Shown piece after piece: positions 36,518 to 46,858 of a stretch of 64,000 nt of DNA (position 1 is the stretch's first letter; each line of letters opens with the position of its first letter). Made by a program: the position numbers and the translations under genes. The notes below the pieces were generated by a model. The model saw only the letters and a program-made list of their open reading frames with translations. It was not told the DNA's origin and searched no databases. The stretch is from assembly GCA_907165135.1 (NCBI GenBank), contig OU015568.1, forward strand, positions 1,984,001-2,048,000, written 5' to 3'. Origin of the DNA: Oikopleura dioica. Taxonomy: Eukaryota; Animalia; Chordata.

Positions 36518-39500
36518 ATGCTTGCTGCAAGAATCCAGCCCTCCTATTTGACTACTACTTGTCAAGCTGGTTTCAAAAGCTGCACTTTGACGAACGAAAT
36601 GAACCTCTGTGCTCATCTGCTTCATCAATGCACGAAATCGAAGAATTTTACTCAACCTCTTGTGCCCCTTTCAGACAAAAAAATTAACGAAGATGGTCTT
36701 GTATTCTCTGAGGAAGAAAATGGGATCAATCGCCGACGATGCAAGAAGCAACAGTTCTATGACCAAATGGTTTGCCGGCATTTGTGTTCGAACACCATCG
36801 TTCTGAAATCAACGAGGAAAGTCGCCTTTAAAACCTGCGAGAAATTGTGCTTTGAGTTAACAAGATCTACCTCTGATGCTGGCCAAATTTGTCCTTTTGA
36901 TAAATACTGTCAATCTGGCTGTCCCTGTAAGGACTACCAGTGCGAGAAGATTGAAAACGATCAGACAATGATTCCAGCTTGGGACTTGAGAAATCAAACA
37001 ATCAAAGGAAAAGTCAGATTATTTTTATAAGTTTTCTTGAAGTAGCCATCATGGCTTACCCTCATGCCGCATAGAATAAACCAACTTTCTGTGTGAGGAC
37101 AATGTTGCGTATTCGGTTTTTTAACATGTCTAGCTCAGGCAAGCATCGATAGTGGCGGTGTGGTACTTCAGAGAAAGCGCCCTCTTGCGCCATTTTCTGA
37201 AAAAAAAACGAAAATAGGAGCGCGCAGCGACAAAACGACCTCGAAATCAAGCACTCCTGGCCTTTACTCATCCCATTTTTGAGTCCGCTTTCGATTGTCT
37301 AACAGGTAGGAATTGTCCCCATGCCTACTCTCTCCTATCCCTCTCGCCTCTTACCACCAAAAACATCAACACACGAGAAACGAACTTCTGACGACCATAC
37401 CGACCGTATCGCAAAGCCACTATTAATAATAGTCTATTATGCTTGCCTGCTGGCAAATTAGGGTCCTAACAGCCGCACTACCGAAAAATTGTTAGGGTTC
37501 TAACTCAAAATTAGTGCGAATTAGTGCGGCATCCCCGTCCTACCCGTCCTATTTTTTTTCTTTGATATTTTTTCGTCTATTAGGACTGAATCGCCGTCCT
37601 AACCGTACTAATTAGGAGGCTCTTTTTCATCATCCAATCGGCGCGCGCTTCCCACCAGGCGCGGAGGACAAATTGGTGGAAGATTGAAAAAAGAATGGAG
37701 CTGAATGGATGAGAAAAACGAATGACCCGCCATGATTCAAAATCGAATTCAATATATAATGAATGCTGATGAACTATTTTCTCTTTGTTATTTGCAGTAA
37801 AGGGTTCAAAATATATGCGAGACAAATTTCAGAGGCAGAAATGAAAAATAAGGACAGTTGCAACGCCTTTTACTTTTCAAGTAACATATTTTTTCTTTAA
37901 ATAGCTATATTAAAACAGCCTTATCTCAAAAAATCTAAAAGCCGCAATCTCAATAATGGGTGTTTATATGTAACAGACACTTGGCTTTTATCCTCAATAA
38001 AAATTTTATGCATAGCTATTGGGAATATTTTTTAAAAATTTTTTTTCTAATGTCCGAACAGGACTAATATGGAAAATTTCACGTTTTTAAAAGGAATCTC
38101 CAAGAATTTTTTCTGGTTTATAGGTGCTAGAAACATGGTCAATGGCTTATATTGGAGCTTTCTAAGCGTTTTCTACTCATAACTGGAATAATAAATGATC
38201 TGGGTATCCTCTGAGATTTTCTAGCGCCTCGAAGTTGACTGAAACTACCAGATACGAGAATTCAAGAATTTGAACTTTTGTTCTAGGCGTGCTATGATTA
38301 CGATCGATAGCTTTTCTTGAAGCTAAGTAATCACTGAATTCATCGACGTGATATTTTTGGAACCAGCTGGTCATTCTGGTGGTTCGTCGCGGTCCAAACC
38401 TTCGGATGGATTGAGATCCGGCAATATGTATATCAGAATGCATATTTTTTGATAAGAAGTCGTTCCAACAGATTTTCAAACAAAACCATTCCGTTGACCG
38501 ACCGTTTCACAGCGGTTCCAAACGGTTCACGCTCCGAGTATTCACAAAATATTGAAATATGTATATCAAAATGCCTCTCTACTCAAGAGGCCTCTTTAAA
38601 ACTCATTTTCGAACAGAACCACTTGGCTAACCGCCCGGTTCACAGTGGTTCAAAGCGGTTCACGGTCTGAATACTCACAAAATATTGAAATATGTATATC
38701 AAAATGCCTATCTACTCAAGAGGACTCTTTAAAACTTACTTTCGAACAGAACCACTTGGCTTACCGCCCGGTTCACAGCGGCTCAGAGCGGTTCACGGTC
38801 TGAATATTCACAGAATATTGAAAGATGAACATTAAAATGCTTTTCTACTCAAGAGGAGTCTTTTAAACTGATTTACGAACCAAAGCACTTGGCTAACCGC
38901 CCAGTTCAGAGCGGTTCAGAGTAGTTCACGCTCTAAGTATTCACAAAATGCTGAAATATAAATATCAAAATGTATCTATAAGTCTTTTTAACAGATATTC
39001 GAACCAAACTACTTGGCTAAATGACTGGTTCGTCGTGGTTCAAGACAGTTCATCTTCTATTTACAGTCCCATTCATAAAATTGAGTCTGCGACGGGGCGA
39101 AGCTGATCCGAAGGTGAGGCCAGTCTCGTTTATTCAATTGAGTCGGTGACGGGGCGAAACCGACCCGAAGGGGAAGCCAGTCTCGCTTATTCAATTGAGT
39201 TTGCGACGGGGCCAAGCCGACCCGAACGGGAGGCCAGTCTCGTTTATTCAATTGAATCTGTGACGGGGCGAAGCCGACCCGAAGGGAGGCCAGTCTCGTT
39301 TATTCAATTAAGTTTGCGACGGGGCAAAGTCGACCCGAAGGGAGGCCAGTCTCGTTTATTCAATTGAGTCAGTGACGAGGCGAAGCCGACCCGAAGGGGA
39401 GGCCAGTATCGTTTATTCAATTGAGTCAGTGACGGGGCGAAGCCGACCCGAAGGGAGGCCAGTCTCGTTTATTCAATTGAGTCTGTGACGGGGCGAATCC

Positions 39501-42500
39501 GACCGGAAGGGAGGCCAGTCTCGTTTATTCAATTCAGTTTGCGACGGGGCGAAGCCGACCAGAAGGGGACGCCAGTCTCGTTCATTCAATTCAGTTTGCG
39601 ACGGGGCGAAGCCGACCCGAAGGGGAGGCCAGTCTCGTTCATTCAATTCAGTTTGCGACGGGGCGAAGCCGACCAGAAGGGGACGCCAGTCTCGTTCATT
39701 CAATTCAGTTTGCGACAAGGCGAAGCCGACCCGAAGGGGAGGCCAGTCTCGTTTATTCAATTGAGTCTGCGACGTGGCGAAGCCGATCCGAAGGGAGGCC
39801 AGTCTCGTTTATTCGCAGACTAAATTGAATAAACTGGACTGGCCATTCGGATCGACCTGGCCCCGTCCCAGACTGTATTGAATAAATGGAACCGGCCTCC
39901 CCTTCTGGTCGGCTTTGCCCCGTCGCAAACTTAATTGAATAAACGAGACTGGCCTCCCTTCGGGTCGGCTTTGCCTCGTCACAGACTCAATTGAATAAAC
40001 GAGACTAGCCTCCCCTTCGGGTCGGCTTCGCCCCGTCACTGACTCAATTGAATAAACGATACTGGCCTCCCTTCGGGTCGGCTTCGCTCGTCACTGACTC
40101 AATTGAATAAACGATACTGGTCTCCCCTTCGGGTCGTCTTCGCCTCGTCACTGACTCAATTGAATAAACGAGACTGGCCTCCCCTTCGGGTCGGCTTCGC
40201 CCCGTCGCAAACTGAATTGAATGAACGAGACTGGCGTCCCCTTCTGGTCGGCTTCGCCCCGTCGCAAACTGAATTGAATAAACGAGACTGGCCTCCCCTT
40301 CCGGTCGGATTCGCCCCGTCACAGACTCAATTGAATAAACGAGACTGGCCTCCCCTTCGGGTCGGCTTCGCCCCGTCACTGACTCAATTGAATAAAGGAT
40401 ACTGGCATCCCCTTCGGGTCGGCTTCGCCTCGTCACTGACTCAATTGAATAAACGAGACTGGCCTCCCTTCGGGTCGACTTTGCCCCGTCGCAAACTTAA
40501 TTGAATAAACGAGACTGGCCTCCCCTTCGGGTCGGCTTCGCCCCGTCACAGATTCAATTGAATAAACGAGACTGGCCTCCCGTTCGGGTCGGCTTGGCCC
40601 CGTCGCAGACTCAATTTTATGAATGAGACTGTAAATAGAAGATGAACTGTCTTGAACCACGACGAACCAGTCATTTAGCCAAGTAGTTTGGTTCGAATAT
40701 CTGTTAAAAAGACTTATAGATACATTTTGATATTTATATTTCAGCATTTTGTGAATACTTAGAGCGTGAACTACTCTGAACCGCTCTGAACCGGGCGGTT
40801 AGCCAAGTGCTTTGGTTCGTAAATCAGTTTAAAAGACTCCTTTTGAGTAGAAAAGCATTTTAATGTACATCTTTCAATATTCTGTGAATATTCAGACCGT
40901 GAACCGCTCTGAACCGCTGTGAACCGGGCGGTAAGCCAAGTGGTTCTGTTCGAAAGTAAGTTTAAAAGAGTCCTCTTGAGTCGATAGGCATTTTGATATA
41001 CATATTTCAATATTTTGTGAGTATTCAGACCGTGAACCGCTTTGAACCACTGTGAACCGGGCGGTTAGCCAAGTGGTTCTGTTCGAAAATCAGTTTGAAA
41101 AATTCCTTTTTAGTAGAGAAGCATTTTTATATACATATTTCAATATTTTGTGAATACTCGGAGCGTGAACCGTTTTGAACCGCTGTGAACCGGTCGGTCA
41201 ACGAAGTGGTTTTGTTTGAAAATCTGTTGGAACGACTTCTTATCAAAAAATATGCATTTTGATATATATATTGCCGGATCTCAATCCATCCAAAGGTTTG
41301 AACCGCGACGAACCACCAGAATGACCAGCTGGTTCCAAAAATATCACGTCGATGAATTCAGTGATTACTGAGCTTCAAGAAAAGCTATCGATCGTAATCA
41401 TAGCACGCCTAGAACAAAAGTTCAAATTCTTGAATCCCGTATAATTATCACGTTTTTTTTGAAACTTTAAAAATTATTTAAAAAATATTCCCAACTCTCA
41501 CGGCATCGAGACATATATCATTCGAATCGCCAGCTTCTGCGTTTTCGATACATATATATTTCCCTTTTGCGGCTTTCAAAAAATTTTTTTGTGTCCGACC
41601 CTATTCTAAAAGACCTAATTGAGCTTGATTTTATTCAGCAAACATCTGAAAAGAAAATGCATATCACGAGTAATCCATTTTTCGCATTTCATGATGATGT
41701 CTTTCCAGCTTTTGCGAAAAACATCGCATCTCAGAGATTATTTCCTCCGTCAGGAAACGCTCCCAAAACTATAAAACATAAGTTCCAAGGGAAAAAATGC
41801 ACTCACAGTTGAGAGCTCATTTGATTCAGCAAGTGGCCTTTCCCCTCCTTATCCGCGCGTGCTTATTCCCGACTTTGCTTTTGCTACCTTCAAAACTGAT
41901 GTCGAGCGCTTTTCTTTCACATCTTTCAACGAATTTGACCACATTTCTTCCTTTAAACTCGATTATAACGAAACGAGAAAACTCAATCTTGATCTGAAGA
42001 CAACAAATCAAGGAACTGCGACGAGAATTCTTGACTTTCAATTTTTCAATGGAAAGTCGCTTTTTCAAATGAGACTGTTTCAAAATGGCTCGCTCGGAAC
42101 AATATCTGATTATTTTCAAGATGAAATAATTCTCGACAATCTTACGCTATCTCACTGGATTTCGATTGAAATCAACTTTATTGCTCAAAACGACTCTACT
42201 ATCATATTTGAAGTCAATAACAACAGTACAACACTTGCATCAAGGACGATGATCGACTTTCAAAAAATCATCGATAATCGTGTCCGTCTCTTCAAATTCG
42301 ACGAAGTTGTTGAGCTCAAAAATGTGTTCTTCTTTCAAAATCAGCCGAAACAGATCAGTGTTATTTTCAACGATGATATGTTTGAAATCGAGTATGCTCT
42401 GTTTGGCGATGGCTCGAGAAAGGAAATAAAAATATCTCCACCGACAGAAATCGGCCGTACTCTTGCAGAATATACGGATTTCAGCACCTTTGGGATGGTA

Positions 42501-45500
42501 AATGATCAGTTTTATGTTTTTGGAGGGAATAAGGATGCAAGAAAGGTTGTCAAAATGGATAAACTTGATGTCTAACTCCGTTTTTAAAGATAGCGCGACT
42601 TGAAAAATGTGGACTTGTGGAGGTTCAAGCAAGGTTTCAGTCGAAATTCCTTGCGTCTTCCTCTAGTTTGACAATCAATGGCGGTAAAACAGGTAAATTT
42701 TAGAGAAAATGTGAGCATCGATGACAAATAATGGTTTATAATTAAAGGGTCAATGCATTTGCTGGAAACACACTCCCACTGAGACTCTAGCTCCTGGGAA
42801 TAAAAGACAACAATTCTAGTATTTAGCTGCTGCTTCTACTTTATTCGAGAGACAACTGACCAGCCGAGACTGGCACTGCGCGCGCAACGTCCCACTGATC
42901 AGTATCAAAGTTCAACGGGTTCGCCCGGAATGCGCTAACCCTTTACCTCCCCTTGATACAGAACAGTGCGACAATAAGTAAGATACAGGTAGAATGTCCC
43001 TTTCGGGCTCGAAGGAACATCGGTAGAGTTGGGACAGTCGGCGGCAGATTTTTTGAAGAGATTTTTGTACGGTGGTGAAGCAGCAAACTTTTTGATCCTA
43101 AGCAGTAGACAACTTCCCAATCCCCAAAAAGCATCAGAAACCCAATTGCCAACACTAGCCTTCGTACTTTTTCTTCGTAGAATCCAGCGAGAGGCGGGAT
43201 GGACGGAGAATATTTCGCTTGGGGTGAGGAGAAGACGGGTTGGAAGTAGATCTTTGGGGTTGTGACGAAGCCAGGATCGGGAGCGAAGATGGGATCAGAG
43301 ATGTTGACTCCGTCGCCGAGCCAGATTTTGGAGCTTCGAATAGAGGCTTTGGCGGAGCGATCGGAGGGAGAGAAGATGGGATCTTTTCGGGCGGCTTGGG
43401 CTTGCGTGACCGAGATTGTGACTCGATACCCTTACCTCCCCTAGTCACATGATCGTTCTGCTTTATTTTCGACTTGAAGTTTTTGATCAAGTGTGGCCAT
43501 TCGGTCAAGTCCAGATTTTGATCGTAGTTATCAAGGGAAGAAACTCTTTTCTCGATCGCGACGACATGGGAACGATGAATAAGGTCAACGGGGCGGTTTG
43601 AGTTTTCGACGAGGCAGACCTGCTGGTTGGTAGATTTGAGGGTGGAGGGGCCATTCCATTTTGCGTTGGAGTTTTTGGCGTCTCCGGCGAGTGAGCGTAG
43701 CTTGACAACTTGGGGTTTCAGTTTCGAAGCTTCGGTGAACTCGAACTTTATGTTTCCAAGTAAATTGCTTACTGAGTAGGAGGAGATATTGCTGTTGCGC
43801 AAAAAATCTCGTCCTAAGAGTGCTGGGCGGCATCGGCCATCCATCACAGTTGCGGCGAGCTCGAACTGAGGGCCTTTGTCGAATCTAACCTTGCAGTAGA
43901 GGGTTCCCCTTGGAGTTTCAGCTACTCCGCTAATACCGGCTACATCGTGGTTTGGAGCGCTCAAATTGCGTAGCACGTTTTGGGGAATCACATGCGAAGG
44001 CAGAATCGTTAAATATGCGCCAGCATCGAATTCGATGTTGCAGTCGAACGAATCTTGTCCTGACTGAAATGTGGCGCGTAGAAAGTATCCAGGGCGAGAT
44101 TCGACCTTTTCGGTCAGGTGCACTGGAATTGCAGAGAAGAGGGCATGGACATCGGCGAAATTATCGGGTTCCACATTGTAGTGGCTTTTACGCTGCATTT
44201 GGTCGGGCTTTTCGGACTTCTCGTCCTTTTTCTGCGCAGAATTCGGGTCCCGATTGTGCCAAGAGCGTTTACCCTCGCCATGTTTTCCATAACCTTGCTT
44301 TTGTTTGTTGTTGGATCCGGGTTGAGTTTTGTTGACGTTGATGACATCTGAAGAAACGCGGTTTCGGCGACTGGTCTCGGCTTTGAGTGCGAGGTCATTA
44401 AGCGTGAAGGTTTTGTCGATGGAGGTCAGAAGGGCATTGTAAGTGTCGGGCTCCTGGTCTCGGAGGGCTCTGACAGCGAACATTGTTGCCCATGCTTCGT
44501 GGATATCTTCTACATTTGGCTCAGCATCGTTGTTAGCGGCTTTGAAGGTTTCGAGAAACGCGGCTTTTGCCTCAGCAAGTTTTGTAGCTAGCTCGGATGT
44601 AAAATGAGTCACGGGGCGCGATCGGTCAAAAACGATGTCGCTGACATCGAGCATCAGTAGAAAATGCGAGATTTTTGGGCCATAGTGCTTTTTTAGAAGC
44701 CCGATGGCGGCGTCGACGTCGTCACAGGCGCGGAGATCGTTACCGATAAATCGGGCGACGTTCGGAGCTAGTTTGCTGGTAAGAGCGTTGAGGAATATTT
44801 TTTCGTCGCCGTCGCGGCGTAGATGACTGTCTTTGAATACCCTCATCGCTGTTATGAAATCCACGAACTGGCCGGGGCTATTCCCTTTGAAGGGCTGGAT
44901 TGACGCGAAGCTTTTGTAGAACAAGTTGCATATGTGCTGCTCGCGCTGGTCGTATTCCCTGTTGGAATTTTCGGCCGGTGGATTGGCGTATTTGCGTTTT
45001 CGGACCAGGTCCTTGTAGTGCAAGAATAGCTCGCGTTCTTTTTGGAGCTGTTCTTCCTTCATTGTGAGTAGTGCTTTATCAGTCGGAGCCGATTTGAGCT
45101 TCTTGTCGAGATCAGCGATGAAGTCGGCGATTTGTTCCAGGGCCCCGTCGCATCTTTCGACGGTTTCGGGGAGATTTGGCATCTCCGAGATCTACTAGAA
45201 CGGGCGAATCACTGATTTCGAGGATTTCTACCTTGACCGACCCGTTTCTCAAAGACAAGAATTGTCTAGGAGAAATTTACGGGGTTTGAAGAGCAAATGG
45301 AGATTCAATAGCGGTCGTAGCAGTTGATTGATGTCGAAACTTGGCGGGAGATGTGCGATTTGGAAGAGCTGCCGGGCTAAGAGGAGCCGATTTACTGCTT
45401 TCGAGCGAAATTACCTCGACCGGTCCGACTAACTGAGACTTTTGGGGGTCAAAGTTAGATAACGGACTTGGAGAGCGCGAAATGTCGTTGAAAATAGGCG

Positions 45501-46858
45501 TCAGCGGCGGCGCGAGATCGAAATCGCAGCGGTTGCTCAAGTTGACGTGGCAAAACGGTTGGCGCGGCGGTACTTTTCCACACGCGGCGAATACCGAAAG
45601 TAAGTACACGAGTGCTGATCCAGGTTCGTAACGGCCTTGGGCGGAGAAAAACGCTGGACAGGGTAGAAGACGATCAAAAGTTGGGTAGGGTGGGTGGTAT
45701 TTGTCGAATCGTAGGGTACTCAGCTGATTTTGGAGAATTTGGAGCGATGAGATGGATGTGTCGAGCGGTAGACAAGGTGGAGGGTTGAAGGTGTAAGTTC
45801 TGGGGCCGCGGGAGTTCTCTATGTCGAATGAAGCGTAGTCTCTGACACCACTAAAGGGTCAATGCATTTGCTGGAAACACACTCCCACTGAGACTCTAGC
45901 TCCTGGGAATAAAAGACAACAAAAAAGACTAGTATTTAGCTGCTGCTTCTACTTTATTCGAGAGACAACTGACCAGCCGAGACTGGCACTGCGCGCGCAA
46001 CGTCCCACTGATCAGTATCAAAGTTCAACGGGTTCGCCCGGAATGCGCTAACCCTTTATAATGTATTTAGCGATGGTTTGTTTTGCTTGGGACTCGAAAA
46101 ACAGTGCTGAAAAGAATAGAGCGTGTGAGCTGTTTGATGGATTTAATGTTTCGAGTTTTATAAGCACCAATGAAGGGCACTATCAAGGACGCCTGGGTAT
46201 GCACAATGGAAGACCGACCGCGATTGCTGGTAAAACCTATCCCTACTTGAACGAAGGTTACTCGGAAACTTTGACCGAAGAAGGCTGGGTCGAAATCGAA
46301 AGACACCCCAGGTATTTTTCTGAAAGTGAATTGACGATGTTAATTATGATGATCCTCAAGATCGATGTCGTTGTTTTCCGTCGTCGGATTTCCTGCTGGA
46401 GCACTCGCAACGTTGGGCGGATGGAACGGTGGAGATGGAAAACAGATGAATGAAATTTGGTTGCTCGAAGAGAACTGGAATCTTATAGGAACACTTCTTC
46501 AGGTTATCAATTTTTTATTAAAGTGATAGCTATTAGCTTATTTTTAATTAAATTTATTCAGCCGATGTACGGTGGATCGTCAATTTTGATTGAGGAATCG
46601 AGTGTTTACCTCTTTCCGGGTAACAACCGCGATGATGCCAGAGCTATTCAGAGAATAACAATAGGCAAGGATGAAAAACATAAAATAGCTGGTTATTTGG
46701 TACACCTTGACTTTTATAAAACCACCACAGAAGTAATTTTGTGAATTTTTTTGAAAGATGGAAATGATGTCACGAAAATCGAAGTTGTTGGATACCACTC
46801 AAAGTACACTCGTTCTCCGATTATTTTTGTATCACCACTCAATCTGTGCTCCGTTTAA
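36518..46858 (+). CDS. Cys-rich / kelch-like family member, copy 3, interrupted by large insertions
   Basis: Cys module at 36518-37010 (CRHLCSN...ICPFDKYCQSGCPCKDYQCE), MHITSNPFFAFHDDVFPAFAKN at about 41658, kelch-like exons FYVFGG (about 42510) and LGMHNGRPTAIAG (about 46200), ending ...SPLNLCSV* at 46858. That these pieces form one gene is inferred from colinearity with copy 1. Confidence 0.6.
37266..37358 (+). ncRNA. Spliced-leader (SL) RNA gene copy
   Basis: 37266-37305 reads ACTCATCCCATTTTTGAGTCCGCTTTCGATTGTCTAACAG, the 40-nt O. dioica SL exon as I recall it, with one difference at 37288. It is followed immediately by a donor GTAGG and a GTAGG...CCTAC hairpin. The 3' end is approximate. 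Confidence 0.85.
38369..39050 (+). repeat. ~133-bp tandem array (left arm; mirrored at about 40640-41320)
   Basis: CCGGTTCACAGCGG-type anchors at about 38502, 38635, 38768 and 38901, with degenerate flanking units. Confidence 0.85.
39075..40620. repeat. 56-57-bp minisatellite, 13 forward plus about 14 inverted units
   Basis: Unit GACGGGGCGAAGCCGACCCGAAGGG(G)AGGCCAGTCTCGTTTATTCAATTGAGTCTGT. Forward anchors at 39091, 39148, 39205 ... 39771. Confidence 0.92.
43155..45182 (-). CDS. gag-pol: Gag-aspartic protease ORF fused in frame to an integrase-like C-terminal tail; RT, RNase H and IN core absent
   Basis: Coiled-coil/capsid-like Gag, protease motifs IEFDAGA and ALLGRDFL, and a Pro/Ser-rich tail ending KRNILRPSRL. 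No YxDD or DDE motifs. Confidence 0.85.
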   Translation of the reverse strand: MPNLPETVERCDGALEQIADFIADLDKKLKSAPTDKALLTMKEEQLQKERELFLHYKDLVRKRKYANPPAENSNREYDQREQHICNLFYKSFASIQPFKGNSPGQFVDFITAMRVFKDSHLRRDGDEKIFLNALTSKLAPNVARFIGNDLRACDDVDAAIGLLKKHYGPKISHFLLMLDVSDIVFDRSRPVTHFTSELATKLAEAKAAFLETFKAANNDAEPNVEDIHEAWATMFAVRALRDQEPDTYNALLTSIDKTFTLNDLALKAETSRRNRVSSDVINVNKTQPGSNNKQKQGYGKHGEGKRSWHNRDPNSAQKKDEKSEKPDQMQRKSHYNVEPDNFADVHALFSAIPVHLTEKVESRPGYFLRATFQSGQDSFDCNIEFDAGAYLTILPSHVIPQNVLRNLSAPNHDVAGISGVAETPRGTLYCKVRFDKGPQFELAATVMDGRCRPALLGRDFLRNSNISSYSVSNLLGNIKFEFTEASKLKPQVVKLRSLAGDAKNSNAKWNGPSTLKSTNQQVCLVENSNRPVDLIHRSHVVAIEKRVSSLDNYDQNLDLTEWPHLIKNFKSKIKQNDHVTRGGKGIESQSRSRKPKPPEKIPSSLPPIAPPKPLFEAPKSGSATESTSLIPSSLPILASSQPQRSTSNPSSPHPKRNILRPSRLSLDSTKKKYEG
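45841..45850 (-). promoter_or_regulatory. Primer-binding site (tRNA-Leu-like)
   Basis: TGGTGTCAGA, one nt inside the 5' LTR, complementary to a ...TCTGACACCA tRNA 3' end. Confidence 0.7.

Larger units (their letters stand above)
38255..41439. mobile_element. 3.2-kb foldback (palindromic) non-autonomous element
   Basis: The whole element is an inverted repeat centred near 39820, flanked by TA (38253-38254 and 41440-41441). Each arm has a unique end, about 5 units of ~133 bp, and 13-14 units of 56-57 bp. No transposase ORF. Confidence 0.9.
42743..46058 (-). mobile_element. Ty3/gypsy-type (Tor-like) LTR retrotransposon, internally deleted, recent insertion in an intron
   Basis: LTRs at 42743-42945 and 45852-46058, identical except for one short indel/substitution patch. 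TSD TAAT, PBS at 45841-45850, PPT at 42946-42954, gag-protease ORF. Removing it restores a ~58-nt GT-AG intron of copy 3. Confidence 0.93.

Noticed and set aside
37391-37401. 5S rRNA next to the SL copy (ACGACCATACC)
   Set aside because: Only about 11 nt resemble the 5S 5' end. The rest of the 120-nt gene and its internal promoter boxes are missing.
37450-37620. TTAGGG-containing segment suggesting interstitial telomere
   Set aside because: Only isolated TTAGGG(T) words in short palindromes, not a tandem array.
39075-40620. CRISPR-like array
   Set aside because: Units are contiguous near-identical repeats with no unique spacers, there are no cas genes, and the context is eukaryotic.
39075-40620. 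Hammerhead ribozyme satellite
   Set aside because: The CUGAUGA and GAAA core is absent from the units.
39057-40747. ORFs with NKRDWPPLRVGFAPSQT / TGRSRPEGEASLVYSIES repeats
   Set aside because: These are translations of the 57-bp (19-codon) minisatellite, open in several frames on both strands.
38019-41490. Outer inverted match GGGAATATTTTTTAAA (about 38020 and 41476) extending the foldback
   Set aside because: Short, AT-rich and asymmetrically placed. The TA-bounded limits fit better.
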